A stretch of 32,000 nt of DNA from NCBI GenBank assembly GCA_963804545.1, contig CAWDQW010000002.1, forward strand, positions 567,411 to 599,410, in the 5' to 3' direction. Under the pieces are notes generated by a model. That model made no database searches, had not been told where the DNA came from, and saw only the letters and a list, made by a program, of their open reading frames with translations. Position numbers and translations under genes: made by a program. Source of the DNA: an uncultured Acidobacteriota bacterium (GTDB lineage: Bacteria > Acidobacteriota > Terriglobia > Acidiferrales > UBA7541). This document shows, piece after piece, positions 31,763 to 32,000 of this stretch (the stretch's first letter is position 1; every line of letters begins with the position of its first letter).

Positions 31763-32000
31763 AGGTCGACTGGCGTAGCGCCATTTTGTTTTGTGGGCAC
31801 GGGGCGATTTGCGAAGAGGGACGCGCTGCCTCGAAGCTCCCTTCGCAACTCAGGGTAAACAGGCCAGGGAAGCGCGCCCCTACAACTGCGGGGGGTGTGC
31901 TTGTCAAAGATTGCGGGGCACCGTAGAGTGGAACGTTTGTTGCGGTGGGGATTAAGTGGGCATGGTGATGGCGACTCGTAAAAGCAAGGCGCGAAAGACG

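Noticed and set aside
31962-32000. Possible start of a + strand gene (ATGGTGATGGCGACTCGTAAAAGCAAGGCG...)
   Set aside because: Only 13 codons are visible before the window ends, with no RBS or motif to support a call.

Overview
A 32-kb high-GC bacterial chromosomal window, about 60% GC by hand counts on sample lines. The gene content suggests Acidobacteriota, which is an inference: a TIGR03436-type VWA protein, a TPR-coupled Ser/Thr kinase with an ECF-sigma remnant, and DUF3300/DUF1844/DUF1311 genes. All homology statements are motif recognition by eye on the translated ORFs, because no database search or folding program could be run.

1-8.6 kb is a + strand housekeeping block. A soluble MgtE-like PRC/MgtE_N/CBS protein lies directly upstream of an NRMT-type Nramp. 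These are followed by uppS, a DsbA-like thioredoxin, cdsA, dxr, rseP and a Fur-family regulator.

8.6-24.8 kb is accessory and repeat-ridden. It contains:
- hicBA with a nonsense-inactivated hicA;
- a TonB-C-like protein, a beta-propeller lipoprotein and small secreted proteins;
- an STK-TPR kinase with a frameshift in a homopolymer;
- a DUF1311/membrane-protein pair;
- an IS110/IS1111-type IS with perfect 16-bp inverted repeats, a frameshifted DEDD transposase, and a 234-nt 3' non-coding end that could encode a seek/bridge RNA;
- an orphan consensus promoter plus intrinsic terminator unit;
- a REP/RAYT locus with at least 13 GTAG-headed hairpin REPs and a RAYT carrying an in-frame TAG, which also holds a wHTH-HNH gene;
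- a lower-GC block (about 50-55%) with a five-gene operon of small unrecognisable proteins convergent on a HEPN (AbiU2-like) gene. Each unit is bracketed by a MITE-like inverted-repeat element carrying decamer iterons.

24.8-32 kb holds an SDR oxidoreductase, ribF, an MBL-fold hydrolase, DUF1844, DUF3300, and a VWA protein flanked by a 100-bp duplication. There are no stop or start signals at the MBL/ribF junction.

Three dispersed repeat families fill much of the intergenic DNA. The best candidates for something new are the repeat-bracketed small-protein operon plus HEPN gene (21.1-23.9 kb) and the MgtE-sensor/NRMT pair (0.03-2.6 kb).
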